A DNA stretch of 64,000 nt from assembly GCF_964355755.1 (NCBI RefSeq), contig NC_092674.1, forward strand, positions 20,026,001 to 20,090,000. The letters run 5' to 3'. Shown in pieces: positions 51,123 to 63,288 of the stretch. Positions within the stretch are counted from its first letter, which is position 1, and the number at the start of each line of letters is the position of its first letter. A model generated the notes under the pieces. The model did not search any database. It was not told where the DNA came from and saw only the letters and a program-made list of their open reading frames with translations. Both the position numbers and the translations under genes were made by a program. This DNA is from Antedon mediterranea (Eukaryota; Animalia; Echinodermata).

Positions 51123-51499
51123 GCGTAATTTTTTTTTCCAGGACGAACGTGGGCAGAAATCATGAATAATTCATGTTTAATTATGACATAATAGGGAACA
51201 TTATAGAGGGCGCTATATTAGAATGCAGAGAGATTAAATAATTAGTGTAAACAAGGTTTGCCAACCGAAATGTTTGGTCTAGTGGTAAAGGCTTTAACCT
51301 ATTACGCTGAAGCCCTCGGTTCGAGGTCTTTCATGAACATGTTTTTTTTTAATAGTTGAGAGAGATTATTTAGAGGGTTAGGTTTAGTATATTTAGGAAG
51401 TAGATCAGCTATCTTTCAATTCTTTATAATAGGAAATAATTAAGGTAATGAATTATTCATGACTTCTGCCCACGTTCGTCCTGGAAAAAAAAAACACGC
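51123..51499. mobile_element. MULE-like MITE
   Basis: ~55-bp TIR GCGT..TTTTTTTTTCCAGGACGAACGTGGGCAGAA.TCATGAATAATTCAT. A 9-bp TSD CTACCGGTC is at 51114-51122 and 51500-51508. Confidence 0.88.
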
Positions 51500-53456
51500 C
51501 TACCGGTCTACTTGCTTGATGCAGTATCCGCTTTTTTGGAGAGTAAACTAGTAGACCGGCAGCCCAGAGACATTTGGTTAGATGAGCTAGGTACCAATAT
51601 CTGACTATTTGAGTGTGTTGGGGGTCACTTGAAGTGAATGAAAATGGGAGTCTGCCGGGTACCCCCTGCTGCGTCTAGACCGGGGGGACCCCGAAACGTG
51701 CTAAAAAATCGGCACAGGTTAGATGAGAGAGATACCACCTAATTTTACCACCATGGGATGCCCATTGGCATCCTTATAACAGTATCACAAACGACAGACT
51801 TTTTCTCTGCTGCAAAAGGCCCGCCAGACCCCCCGAGGGAGGGCCTAAAATGGGGTTAGCATAGATGAGTGAGGTACCACTCTTTAGGAAACCCTGCAGA
51901 AGGTTCGTTGGGACATATAACAAGAATCAGAGCAACACCTCTGATTCAGTTGTTGAAATTAATTGTCGACTTTCCGAAGGAGAGAAAAAACTTCCTTCCC
52001 GAGGACTTAAATTCTGCCCAAAACCAAGGCAGGTCGGCGCACAACAACTATCTTTGGATATAGAGTCTTTTTCTAGAAGATTACGATTACGTGAATATTT
52101 TGCTGATTCAGACAGCAGCACCACGCAAAACGAAGGCAACGTTAACAAATTTAAACCAAAAAGTTCCTGGAATCCACCTAAAAATCGTTGTCCAGCTTTA
52201 GAAACATTTATCCAGGCTATTGAGGAGGATGTACAAAACTACGTCCCGAGTCCAGATAAACGTGACAATCTCAAAACAAGAGAGGCAGGCCATTGCCAAA
52301 TTGCGTCAGCGTAATGATATCATCATTAAACCCGCTGATAAAGGTTCTGCCACTGTTGCTATGGACATCAAATTTTATTAAGAGGAATCCTTAAGACAGC
52401 TTCATTATATATCGTAAACTCACAACGGAACACACCCCGGAAATTGCGGATAAGGTGGCAAAATCTGTTTCTGTGATGGTAAAAAAAAACACTCCATCGA
52501 TCCTAAGATTTACAGTTACCAAATCCACTAGCAGCGTTGATTTTGTGGACACTATAGTGACCATAGAAAATGATACTCTCAAAACTGACCTATTCCGTAA
52601 ACCCACTGATAAAAATATGTACCTGCTCCCTAGCAGTTGTCATCCCCAACATTGTACTAAAAACATACCGAACAGTAAAGCATTACCTATCAGACGTATC
52701 TGTTCTTCAGATTTAGATTTTCAGAATCGTACCGAAGAACTAACCGGACATCTCCGGAATAGAAATTACAAACCTATCAACCTAGGTTGCCTCCATTACG
52801 GGACTATTAATTTATTGAGAAACATATGCCCATTCTACAGTCCACAGAACGTCTCAGGACTGTTTTTCCGGAACCACCAATTATTGCATTTCGTAGACCT
52901 CCCAACCTTCGTGATATATTAGTCAGATCCAAATGTAAGAGTGAAATTAACTCTCATGACAGTTAAAATTTGGGCAGTCACCTTTGCGGCAAATCTTGCA
53001 AAACTTGTTCATTGGTTGATTCTACTGAAAAATTTAAGAGTAACCAAACTGGCCGCATTTTTCGGATAAGACAATAAATTAATTGTCTAACCAAAAACGT
53101 CATTTATCTCATATACTGAATTATTTGTGGCAAACAGTACGTCGGAGAAACAAAAAACACTCTCCGTATGAGAATGACACAACACAGATCAGCTATCAAC
53201 ACATTAAAGCTTGTTCAACCTGTAGCCGAACATTTTAATTCATCTGGTCACTCGATAACAAATTTCAGAGTTATTGCAATATTCCATGTGTCAAATGGAG
53301 CGACAAAACTTGCAAAGACAAGGAAAACCACTGGGAATTACAACTTAAAACCAAAAAACCTTTTGTACTTAACATTAGAAACATACTCCCAGGTTGGTAA
53401 AATTATTCCATTGTCTACCTAAATTTAAGTTTCAATATTAACCACCATTTAAGCTG

Positions 53457-53581
53457 TTTTTAGTCGCGTGGACGCGACTCTATAGTTCACTATGTCGGCG
53501 GTCGGTCGGTCTGTCGGTCTGTCTGTCGGTCCGGTATCACTATGCGTTTTAGCACGCGACTTATGGCTGTTGGCCGTGTTT
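53457..53581 (+). mobile_element. Helentron-associated (DINE/HINE-like) element nested in the Penelope 3' UTR
   Basis: Subterminal IR AGTCGCGT..ACGCGACT, a (GTCG/GTCT)n microsatellite, a second CACGCGACT near the 3' end, and T-rich flanks. Confidence 0.7.
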
Positions 53582-53731
53582 AGTTTCATTCCAAAATTGT
53601 TTATACTGTATCTCTACCAAGCTACCTTCTTTGTTTTCTACTCTTATTCAGACTCCACCCTGTCTCCTTTTATTGTATTTCTTTTATTCCTGTCCACCCA
53701 GGCAGCACTTGACAGCTCTTATCCTTCACTT

Positions 53732-53768
53732 GCAATGATGAAGGGCTAGTGTTGCCCGAAAGCTCTGC
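53732..53768 (+). ncRNA. Minimal hammerhead-ribozyme-like motif in the Penelope pLTR
   Basis: GCA-ATGATGA-A-GGGC(TAGTGTT)GCCC-GAAAGCTC-TGC gives stem I, a core variant (A for C3), stem II, GAAA and a palindromic AGCT mini stem III. Confidence 0.6.
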
Positions 53769-54045
53769 TAACGTTTCTGGCTGTTTTACTTTATCCTTTT
53801 GATTTAGCTTTTCACTTTTCTTTTGTATCTCCATTGAGATTCAGCCACTGATACCCACAGCATTGTCATTTTTTCAGTTATTTGCCTTTGGATTTATATA
53901 TATAAATATATATAGAGGATTAAGATTATAATAATACAGCATTTAAAATTACCAACTATTAATTAATCAAATCACTTTTGATTAAGTTACTACAATCCTG
54001 AATCTTAAAATAGGTTGCAAGAGTTACAGACGAATGTATCTATTA

Positions 54046-54115
54046 CCCCTTTCACACCAAAACTCCGGAGTGTCTCCGGAGTTTCTCCGGAGTTTTGCTT
54101 TTGGTGTGAAAGGGG
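54046..54115. mobile_element. 70-bp hairpin mini-MITE
   Basis: TA-CCCCTTTCACACCAAAA...TTTTGGTGTGAAAGGGG-TA, with three internal CTCCGGAG palindromes. Confidence 0.7.
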
Positions 54116-54404
54116 TATTTGACATTCAAAGGCAAGGAATTCCAGATCCTCACAATTCTTAGCAGGAATGCTAAATTTACTCGAATCCGTACTTGTTTAT
54201 ATTTGGCTTATATAAGTTTGAAGTGAAACTCTTAAACTATTTTTCCCTTTAAAATGGTAATGGTCATTTTATCGTCATTGATGTGATATATTTTCAATTG
54301 TTTTGTGTTAGTTCGATTAAAGTTAAACTTTATTCAATTAAATATGTTGTTTTAGGTGGTTTTTTTTTGCTGCTGGTGGTATCTACAATATCTAAGGTAG
54401 GCTA

Positions 54405-55218
54405 TATACGGGATATGACCGGTTGGGCCGCCGACAAGTTGAGCCGCCGGTGATTTCTATGAAACGCCCAGTGCATGCGTCTTTTACGACATTTCGCGTA
54501 GTGATTAGGATGTTGTCCTAGAGTACAAGTTCATGGTCTTGGTTTATTTTGTCATGAAAATAAATAATATATAATTACATAGGCCTATTACAATTAACAC
54601 AGCAAGCAAAGGAAAGTAGTAATAACTAATATTTAATAATTTAATTGTTTTTAATCTTTCGAGGAAAGAATTCAGTGCACTCATAATTTTTCTCGCGTGT
54701 AGGAGGCCTACCACGTAAAGTCACGTTGTCTCTCAGGACTAATTAATACTAATAGAGTATTAATATTTTTTCGAATGAGGTTAAATACATATTGTTTTTT
54801 ATTTACTAATCTTTTAATATCATATTTTATTGAATTTTAAAATGTTAATACACAAAATATTTTACTAAAAAAACGTGATTTTATGTAATTATTTTACCGA
54901 AAAATGGAGTAGGCCTAGCCTAGTTCATACAAACAACTGCCGACTGAATGAGGGGCAACATGTTTACATCATTTTTGGCTAAAAACATCACTGTATTTTG
55001 GAATCTACAAGCCAGATTTTCATAATTATTTCTTTAATTATAATATTTAATAATATATATATACTAAAAACCATGATAAACGTTTGAATGTACATCGTTA
55101 TCCCTAACATAAATTGAACGAGCACCGGCGAAAGTTAGCATTTGGCGTTCCATAGAAAATAACGTTTTTCTGGCGGCGGCTCAACTTGTCGGCGGCTCAA
55201 CTTGGCCTAATCCCTATA
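54405..55218. mobile_element. MITE inserted at TA within an internal tandem repeat of the Academ-like element
   Basis: Inverted ends GCCGCCGACAAGTTGAGCCGCC and GGCGGCTCAACTTGTCGGCGGC with TATA flanks. It splits one of three ~150-bp units (54370.., 55337.., 55496..). Confidence 0.7.
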
Positions 55219-57542
55219 TACTTGGGGTAAATGGGGGAACTTTAGAGGGGTCTGCCAGTGCCAAGACAGTGTACAGATAGTCTGTTATAGGTCATTTGGT
55301 ATTGCTTACAATGTGCTAAATCATAATTATAACATTGGTTGCTGGTGGTATCTACAATATCTAAGCTAGGCCAGTTGGGGGAATGGAGTCTCTAGTCGAA
55401 CTTTAGAGGGGTCTGCCAGGGCCAGGGCAGTGTTCAGATAGTCTGTAATTATAGGTCATTTGGTATTGCCTACATGTGCTAAATCATATAACATTGGTTG
55501 CTGGTGGTATCTACAATATCTAAGCTGGGTTAGTTGGGGGAAGGGGGCCTCTAGTCTAACTTTAGGGTGTCTGGCACTTGCGGTGCAGCAGACAATTAGT
55601 CTGTTGTTATCCATTTAGTATTGTATGAACACAACTTGTTCGTTTGGAATTGATTTTGAGTGGTACCTCACTCATCTATGCTAACCCCATTTTAAGCCCT
55701 CCCTCGGGGGATCTGGCGGGCCTTTTGCAGCAGAGAAAAAGTCTGTCGTTTGTGATACTGTTATAAGGATGCCAATGGGCATCCCATGGTGGTAAAATTA
55801 GGTGGTATCTCTCTCATCTAACCTGTGCCGATTTTTTAGCACGTTTCGGGGTCCCCCCGGTCTAGACGCAGCAGGGGGTACCCGGCAGACTCCCATTTTC
55901 ATTCACTTCAAGTGACCCCCAACACACTCAAATAGTCAGATATTGGTACCTAGCTCATCTAACCAAATGTCTCTGGGCTGCCGGTCTATAGGCCTACTTA
56001 TTATAGACGATCGGGACACCATACGTGCGGACGGCGATCGGACCTTGTTTTGCCTCAATATTTACAGCCGATTTTTGTAGAACGTTTTAGGTTTAGATTG
56101 TTTAGGAGTTTGGTTGATAGGATGGGTTTGGAATCCACTGAGTTTTGTTATTGATGGGCCAATCGTTTAGTAATAGGCTAGCTAGGCCCATGAATGATGG
56201 CCCCAATGTTTTAACGTAGCCATCGTGGCATGGAATCCCTAGTCAGAAATGGCTCTCACCCAGGCATGAATAAAATGATTTAGGCTAGGCCTAGCCTAGT
56301 ACGTGAAGCCGATATACGATCTGTACTATTAATTCGAGGTATAAAAATAGTATAATTTATGACTCCGTAATCTGTACTAAATTTTGTATTTCATTAAATG
56401 TCAAATAAGTATATGCTACTACTGTTATTATTACACTTTAGGCCTAGCTTAGCAAATCTACAAAAAATGTATTTCACAATGATCGGGTGGTCGAGGTCGT
56501 CGTTTGACAGAGAGGAGAGAGAACACAACGTACAAGCTTGACGTCGCGAGTTTGGAATCCACTGATGACGTGATTTTGTGAATATCTCATGAATATTAAT
56601 GAGCTTCCCTAAGCTGCTGAAAAACAGACTTTCCATGAATTTACCCTAAAATGTATATGAAATTTAATTTTTTCGCGCCGCGGCTCTAGCCAGCTATGTC
56701 CCAGGAGGACACATTCATTAATAAGCTGTTTCATAGCGGTAGCTTTAGTATCTAAGGCTGACAGTTTTGTGAATTTGGAAACTCGACTATAATTTATAGG
56801 GAGCTGCTGGACCCAAAAAACGTCTGGGAGAAGAGAGTCTATATGAAAGCCTTTGCTGGTAATACAGTATTATTGAGATGTAGACGGAAATCTGTAAAAT
56901 CTTGTTCAATAAATAATAACTTCGTTTTTGCTGTCAACCAGGCCGGTATTAAAATAAGTCACTGTCAAATAATCATTCGATAATGGTCAAAACTTTATTT
57001 TGGCTCTGTCAACATAAAGGGAGGTATTTACAATGACTTTCTTTTGACTGTCAAGCTAGGCCAATGTTATAATAATACGCCGTCAGATATTAAATCATTG
57101 AAACAGTCCTGGTAAATTTTTTTTGGTTATCAGATGAAGTGGGGGGTTCAATAAATTATCGTCAGAAGGTGAACAATCAGTCTAGGTAGCAGCAGCAGAT
57201 TATTAGGAACGCCTGCTCCATTAATTAATCCAGAAAAAGGTTTGTACATTATCTATTTGTTTATTAGCCTTCTCCTAACACAATTATATTTTCTTTAAAA
57301 AAAGTGGTTTCAACATTTATGATAGTAATGTCACAGTTCTGTGTCTAGACGCAAGTTCATAGACCTACTAGTTATATTATTCATATTAACTGATACTTAC
57401 TCTTCATTTACCGTAAAGTTCAGTTTTAATGAAATATATAATATAAATTGGCTTCGTAACAATTAGTGTTGAAAAGGTTAGTTTTTTGGTGATAGGTGAA
57501 AATGACATGTAACTTCGTAATCAATTTATTTTTTTTGTATAA

Positions 57543-57900
57543 AGGCCCTACACTATGACGATAACGACGGACGATAAATATATAGCATGCATTTTTTTTA
57601 CATAAACCAAAAGAAATTAGAAAGGTTTTCGTTCTATACCTATAGGATAATCATTTATGCTGTCTTTGATAAAAATAATGTTTTTCAAATTCCAATCAAA
57701 TGACGTCATGATAAATAAAAACAATAAAATCGCTGTATTGTCACGATATTATTGGTCTTACTAATCATGACGTCATTTGATTGGACGTGTGAAAATATAA
57801 TTTTCATCAAGGGAATTGTTTATATTTCTTTTGGTTTATGTATTAAAAATGCACATTTGTCTATTTATCGTCGATCGTTATCGTCGTAGTGTATGGGCCT
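57543..57900. mobile_element. PIF/Harbinger-like MITE
   Basis: Ends are AGGCCCTACACTATGACGATAACGA and TCGTTATCGTCGTAGTGTATGGGCCT. Most of the element is a fold-back (inner TCCAATCAAATGACGTCATGAT / ATCATGACGTCATTTGATTGGA). Confidence 0.7.
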
Positions 57901-58227
57901 TATGCTGTAAATGTTCAATTAATTGATCATTCCGATTTTATTAGTTGGACTATTGCACAGTTGCTGTCTAATCGTTGTTGTGTAATATCATTTCGAACCA
58001 TATTAAAATCATAAAGAGATTCATATTCCTTAACATGTGGCTGTGCATGGAAGTCCGGTCTACAAAAACTCGGGCCCGGGATCATTGTTATTGGACCTGA
58101 AAGTGTTGGTGAATTCATAATTATACTTAATATTATATTTATATATATTAATATATATATATATACTGTATATATAATTATATTATTATACAATTGAAAG
58201 CAAAACCCGTTGAATCTCAAATCATTA

Positions 58228-59243
58228 GGACTAGAAATTTGGCTTATCAATCAAATAAATACTTTCGTTCAAAATGAAACTCCAACCTCTCTAATCAAAA
58301 GATTGAACTCGAAAACGGACCGTTTTTTTTAATTATGGTATTGATCAGTGGCTATAGAGGCGTAAAAACCACTGTGGAAGGGTCATTATTAAGACTGCAA
58401 AATTGGGCTTATCAACAAATAAATACTTTCGTTCAAAATGTAAAATCAAGGCTGAAAAATTGGGCTTATCAACAACAAAATATTTTATTATTAGACGCGA
58501 TAACATCAAGGATAATCAGTATAATTATTAATATAGCCACTGTTACTAGTTTTATTCTACATGCTAAAGTAAATAAAAATCCACTAAAAAACAAGCAAGT
58601 CTGAATGTTATGCTTATTAGCCATGTTAGGTTTGTTACTGTAGGCCTATGATTGTTTGCAATGTCCACATATTATTTCCGTGGGCATATCCATAGTGTAT
58701 CACTCACAAAAAAGACGTGTGAGGTTCTTTCTTTAGATTTTGAAGAATGATTTGTGTTCACATGAGTCAAATGCTCAAGATATCGGCTAACGCCATGGGA
58801 CCCTTGGCTTATCAATGAATAATAAATACAGTACTACTTTCGTTCAATTGAAATCGGAATCTGACCGTTTCATTAAATTGGGTGTGATTAGGCCTAAACA
58901 TATAATAATTTATTAAAAAGGTACAATAAAAACAAATGCATCAGAGGCGTAAAGAACCCACGGTCAATATCATGTAAAATGTATATGGTATAAGCACTGT
59001 GGAAGGGGTCATTATTATTAAACTGGAAAATTCGGCTTATCAACAAATAAATACTTTCGTTTAAAATGTAAAATAAGACTGCAAAATTGGGCTTATCAAC
59101 AAATAAATACTTTCGTTCAAAATGTAAAATAAGACTGTACAATTGGGCTTATCAACAAATAAAATCCTTTTTTTTTCAAAATGTAAAATTAAGACTGGAA
59201 AATTTGGCTTATAAACAAATAAATACTTTTTTTCAAAATGTAA
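58228..59243 (+). repeat. 56-bp unit repeat array, partly interspersed
   Basis: AAGACTGCAAAATTGGGCTTATCAACAAATAAATACTTTCGTTCAAAATGTAAAAT in ~8 full or partial copies, four of them tandem at 59020-59243. Confidence 0.85.
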
Positions 59244-61054
59244 GAAAACATTTTTTAAATATAATCCTTATGCTCTGTCTATACTATCAAACTAAATATG
59301 ATGTGCCCATATTAAATAGACATGACGATGTCATATCATTACGATATTCGGGCATATCACTACCATATTTGGGCACATCACACTTTTTTTTGTTAAACTA
59401 GTTGGGACAGTGTAGACACAGAACTATGTGATCGAAACATAAGTCGGAATTGGACTGACGCGATTGATTTAATTGGGTATTTTTATTAATGTAATGATTC
59501 ATTAAAAACTATAATACCGATACGCGTTTGGTATTGATCAATGGTGCAAAAAACCCTGAGAAATAATGTTATAACGCGATTTGGTGATAGCTTAGCAATA
59601 ATACAACCCATATACTATTATTATAAATACCTATTACAAATCCATTCATATAACTTTTCATCGCGAACCGAATGTATAAATGTTATTCTACAGACAGTAA
59701 TTATATATTCAAAAGCCATATTATTATTACTGTATTATCAATACCTAAATGCGATAGTAATAACCACACAAACATACATTATTCCCAATACAAGTTTGTG
59801 CGTTTAATTCTAGAAAGAAACGACTGTGCTGACAGGCCAATGACATAAATCACAAGTAAAGTCCCAATTGTTCACTTGCGTTTTGATTGGCCGACCTATT
59901 ATATTAGATTAATGAAGACTGTTCTTACAACTGTCCAGTCAAAAAGTTACGCGGCTTTTTTTGTAAGAAATATTTCTTGTTTATTTCTCGTTATTACTTC
60001 TTCATTCTGACATGTCTATATTGTTATAATATTTTTTATTTAATAAATAAACGATATTTAAAAGCAATTTTAAACCCAGAATCCCCCTTTAAGCTGAGCA
60101 GCCCTGGCCCTTGGCCATTTAGGTTCTGATCCGTCATATACAGTAAGCAGTAGTGTGCACAACATGAGAGCTCAGCCACAGCCCTAACTAAGTTCATATT
60201 ATACTTAGTATTACCTTAATCTTAGACACTCCAACATTTTGAATGGGGAACAATGTGAGAAACCGAAACATATCAATACATTTAGTCATCCTTTGGTTCT
60301 AACAATGTTTTCAACATTATGAGACACAAATTATAGGAAGTTACTGCTTGGTTTTTTCCACACAAATTTTGACATTTTGAAGAAAAAAAAGCAGAGGATG
60401 TGTGACATGACATTTTATAAATAATTACTACACAACAGTGCATTTATTTATTTGTCCTATCACTAATACGATATAAAAATATCCTTCCCATAAAAAACTA
60501 CAGTAGGCCTACAGTTGTATTATATTACTGCGCAAAAAATTCACCCACAGACCCAGTTCAACATATTTTTTTAAAACATTAAATTACATAGTGCATTTAT
60601 TTTTACCATCACCACTTAATATAACATTAAATATCCATCATAATTTTATTCATACATAAACCAATACAAAATCAAATGAATATACTGTACGTATGTTGTA
60701 TTTGTTTGTGTAAACGACGACCACTCTTTATCATCCACACCACCATATTCATGTGCTAAATATCAAAAGCAAGTATCGTTTATCTTTGCAATTATTTGTT
60801 TATATCGCTAAACAGAAGAAGACTGAAAATCTAAAATGCTTCTTATGTGACCTTCACATATTGACTACTCTCACTTGATGCAATTATCAGTGAGTACTGT
60901 TCAGTTATTTTAAGTTTTGAAGCATTATTTCAGTATGTTTGAGGTATTAGGTTTCTTATTTTTCTTTAGGAAAATGAGGATTCATTTCGCTAGAGTATTG
61001 CAGGCCTACAGCATATACTGGTGTAGTATTTGTACCAAATACTAGTCAATCATT

Positions 61055-63288
61055 TCAGTTAAACAAATGTGATTCATTATATTTGAGGCCTACTGTTGAC
61101 CATATCCTCTTTATCATCATGTCTTCTTTGAGCTTTCTAGCAACAAAGCTACCAAAGACTGCAGGCCCAGCTTGTAAAGCCCCACCAGTACGGCCTAAAG
61201 TGACAACCATCATTGGTGAGCCTGGAAATAATAACAAATATATAAATATGTACCATCGAAATTGGAAAGAGAATCTACAAATAAAGTAGCCTATTGTAGC
61301 AAATTTTATAATGTAGATAGCAGGTTAGGAACCTGTAGAGATCACTGTAACATTCCACATGAGAGTACACATTATGTTGAAAATGATGAGCATTTTCAGT
61401 TATTAATTTGTTGTATTGAAATCTATAATTGGCTACATATGCTTTCGCTATATCTCGATTTGGAAATGGCATGTTGAGAAAAAAACTTAATGAGTATGAT
61501 ATAACCAGTTTAGGGGTTCTGTTCTCAAGCAAAAAACATTAGTATTGTATTTTTTGGGATTTGTTACATTATTTCAAAGTGTAGGCCAATAATTACAATA
61601 GCCTATGGTCTACAATAGTCTAGGTATGGGTGACACAATCTTCTTCCACTTATAGTATTTTGGTTCTAACATTGAGAACCATGTACACAGAACAGACATT
61701 TCTTGGTGTACCATTTCTCGATTGAGATACCGAAAGCTCTCTATTATGTTTGTCAGAACTAAATACAAAAAATAAATTACCTTCTTTGTGGATTTTAAGA
61801 CTCCCACAAGTTGTTGCCAATACCTCAATATTTTTAACGACTACATTACTGTGTAAACCAGCATAATATGCCATCTTAACTTTGTTTATGTTTGAACAGT
61901 CACCTATAGCAAAAATGTTGTCATGACCTTCGACCTGTAATGTTGGACGAACTTTAAGGCAACCATGTTCATCCATACTGTTACCTACAAAAAGATAACA
62001 TTTAAGTTTAATGACGTACACACAAATTTGATATACTTGTTTGAAAAATAATTTAATTATGATGTTAACTTTTTCATTTAGTTTCAATCTACATATTGGT
62101 AAAATCATTTTTAATTTCTGGTTTTACACTAGTTTTATCTGAATCAGATTTACAGCAGAATCAATGCCATCAAAGCAAATGTACGTGCATTATTTTATTT
62201 GTTAAAATAGTGTACCTGCATATTCCATTGGTTGGTATTTTGCCAAGTTGATGGATTATATTTGTTTCATGGATATATATTAACACATAACTTTTAAATT
62301 ATTTAGCCTTATTAAATGTTTGTACGGAAAAACTCCAAAGACATTTGTAGTAGTTTATTTATAGGTAAAGAAAGATGTTGTTACAAGCTGGTTTCTCATT
62401 TGTGATCATTTAATGACATCTTTTATCTACAGAGCGAGATGTCTGCATGGTTTATTTGAAGCAAGGTCAAATTAAGACCATTATTCAGTGGCAAACAATT
62501 TTTCGGTCACAACCAGATTCAAGTGGGGGTTTTTGGATAGGTTTTTTTTGGGGGAAGGGGGGCAGGGTGACGGACTGGAAAAGCTTACTTAATGCACTTG
62601 AGTAAGCGGCTATGTTTATCTTCAACCCAATACAAACAAACACCAAGTCTGCTTCGACCTCTGACCCTTTGTCTGTTTTCACTATGCACTTTTCAGATCC
62701 ATCAAGAGGCAGTTCATCAAGATTTGTAACCTTTTCACCTAGATTTAAAATAAATCTATATTTGAGTAATATTATAAATAATTTTTGTGGGTAGATTTTT
62801 AAGATATTAGGAAAGGGTCTTGGGGTTCCGAAAATATTCTTGGAAGCCCTTTATTCCAGGTATCAAAAACACTACCTTTGGCCTCTTCTACTGTAGCATC
62901 AATAATATGGTCATCAGTGGGGTTTTTTTACAACAAAACATGAAGTATTGAAAAATTAAATAAACAAATACAAGTACTGCTTATTAAGAAATTTACTTGT
63001 AGATCCAACTGCTGACGTGTAACTAGGAAGAGAATACCATTTATTATAAAATGTTTTATAGAAAAATTATGGGATAGTGTGTTTACCCAAAATCAACTTT
63101 ACTCCTAGAGCTTCCAACTGTTTACGTAAGCTATTTCTGAATTTTTCTTTCATCATTGGTCCAATGAGCACATCGCTAGAATGAATCAATGTAACCTCTT
63201 TCTCTGGGTAATCCACTTTAATTTCCCCAACGATCTCTGTCCCTGCTGCACCTCCTCCGATCACGGTAATTTTGTTAACATGTTTGAT
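61055..63288 (-). CDS. AIFM2: AIFM2/FSP1-like oxidoreductase, copy 2 (last four exons; 5' exons lie beyond the window)
   Basis: Exons 63288-63087 (ITVIGGGAAGTEIVGEIKVDYPEKEVTLIHS), ~62738-62589 (TDKGSEVEADLVFVCIG), 61984-61781 (LKVRPTLQVEGHDNIFAIGDC) and 61221-61055 (VTLGRTGG). Intron positions match copy 1. Confidence 0.92.

Larger units (their letters stand above)
51883..53893 (+). mobile_element. Decayed Penelope-like (Neptune-type) retroelement: N-terminus, internally deleted RT, Zn-finger + GIY-YIG, pLTR
   Basis: LSEGEKKLPSRGLKFCP...RRLRLREYF...KSSWNPP, IIIKPADKGSATV, VDFVD...TDLFRKPTDKNMYL..SSCHP, CGKSCKTC...NVIYLI...CGKQYVGET...RMTQHRS...PVAEHFN. The RT core (YxDD region) is missing. 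Many stops and frameshifts. Confidence 0.9.
51552..55988. mobile_element. Non-autonomous Academ-like DNA transposon with 331-bp TIRs
   Basis: 51552-51882 and 55658-55988 are near-perfect inverted copies beginning TAGACCGGCAGCCC. A 3-bp TSD TAG flanks both sides (a TA-TSD reading is also possible). An iterated TTAGAT-N-GATACCAC-like motif occurs in the TIRs and internally. Confidence 0.8.
50324..60088. mobile_element. Large non-autonomous Kolobok-like element hosting multiple nested insertions
   Basis: TIR AGGGGGGTTCCGGGTTTAAAAT versus (rc) AGGGGGATTCTGGGTTTAAAAT match at 20 of 22 positions. TTAA is present at 50320-50323 and 60089-60092. Pairing of the two ends as one element is inferred. 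Confidence 0.7.

Noticed and set aside
58228-59243. Interspersed 56-bp repeats resembling a CRISPR array
   Set aside because: Four copies are directly tandem, the intervening sequences are homologous to one another, there are no cas genes, and the context is eukaryotic.
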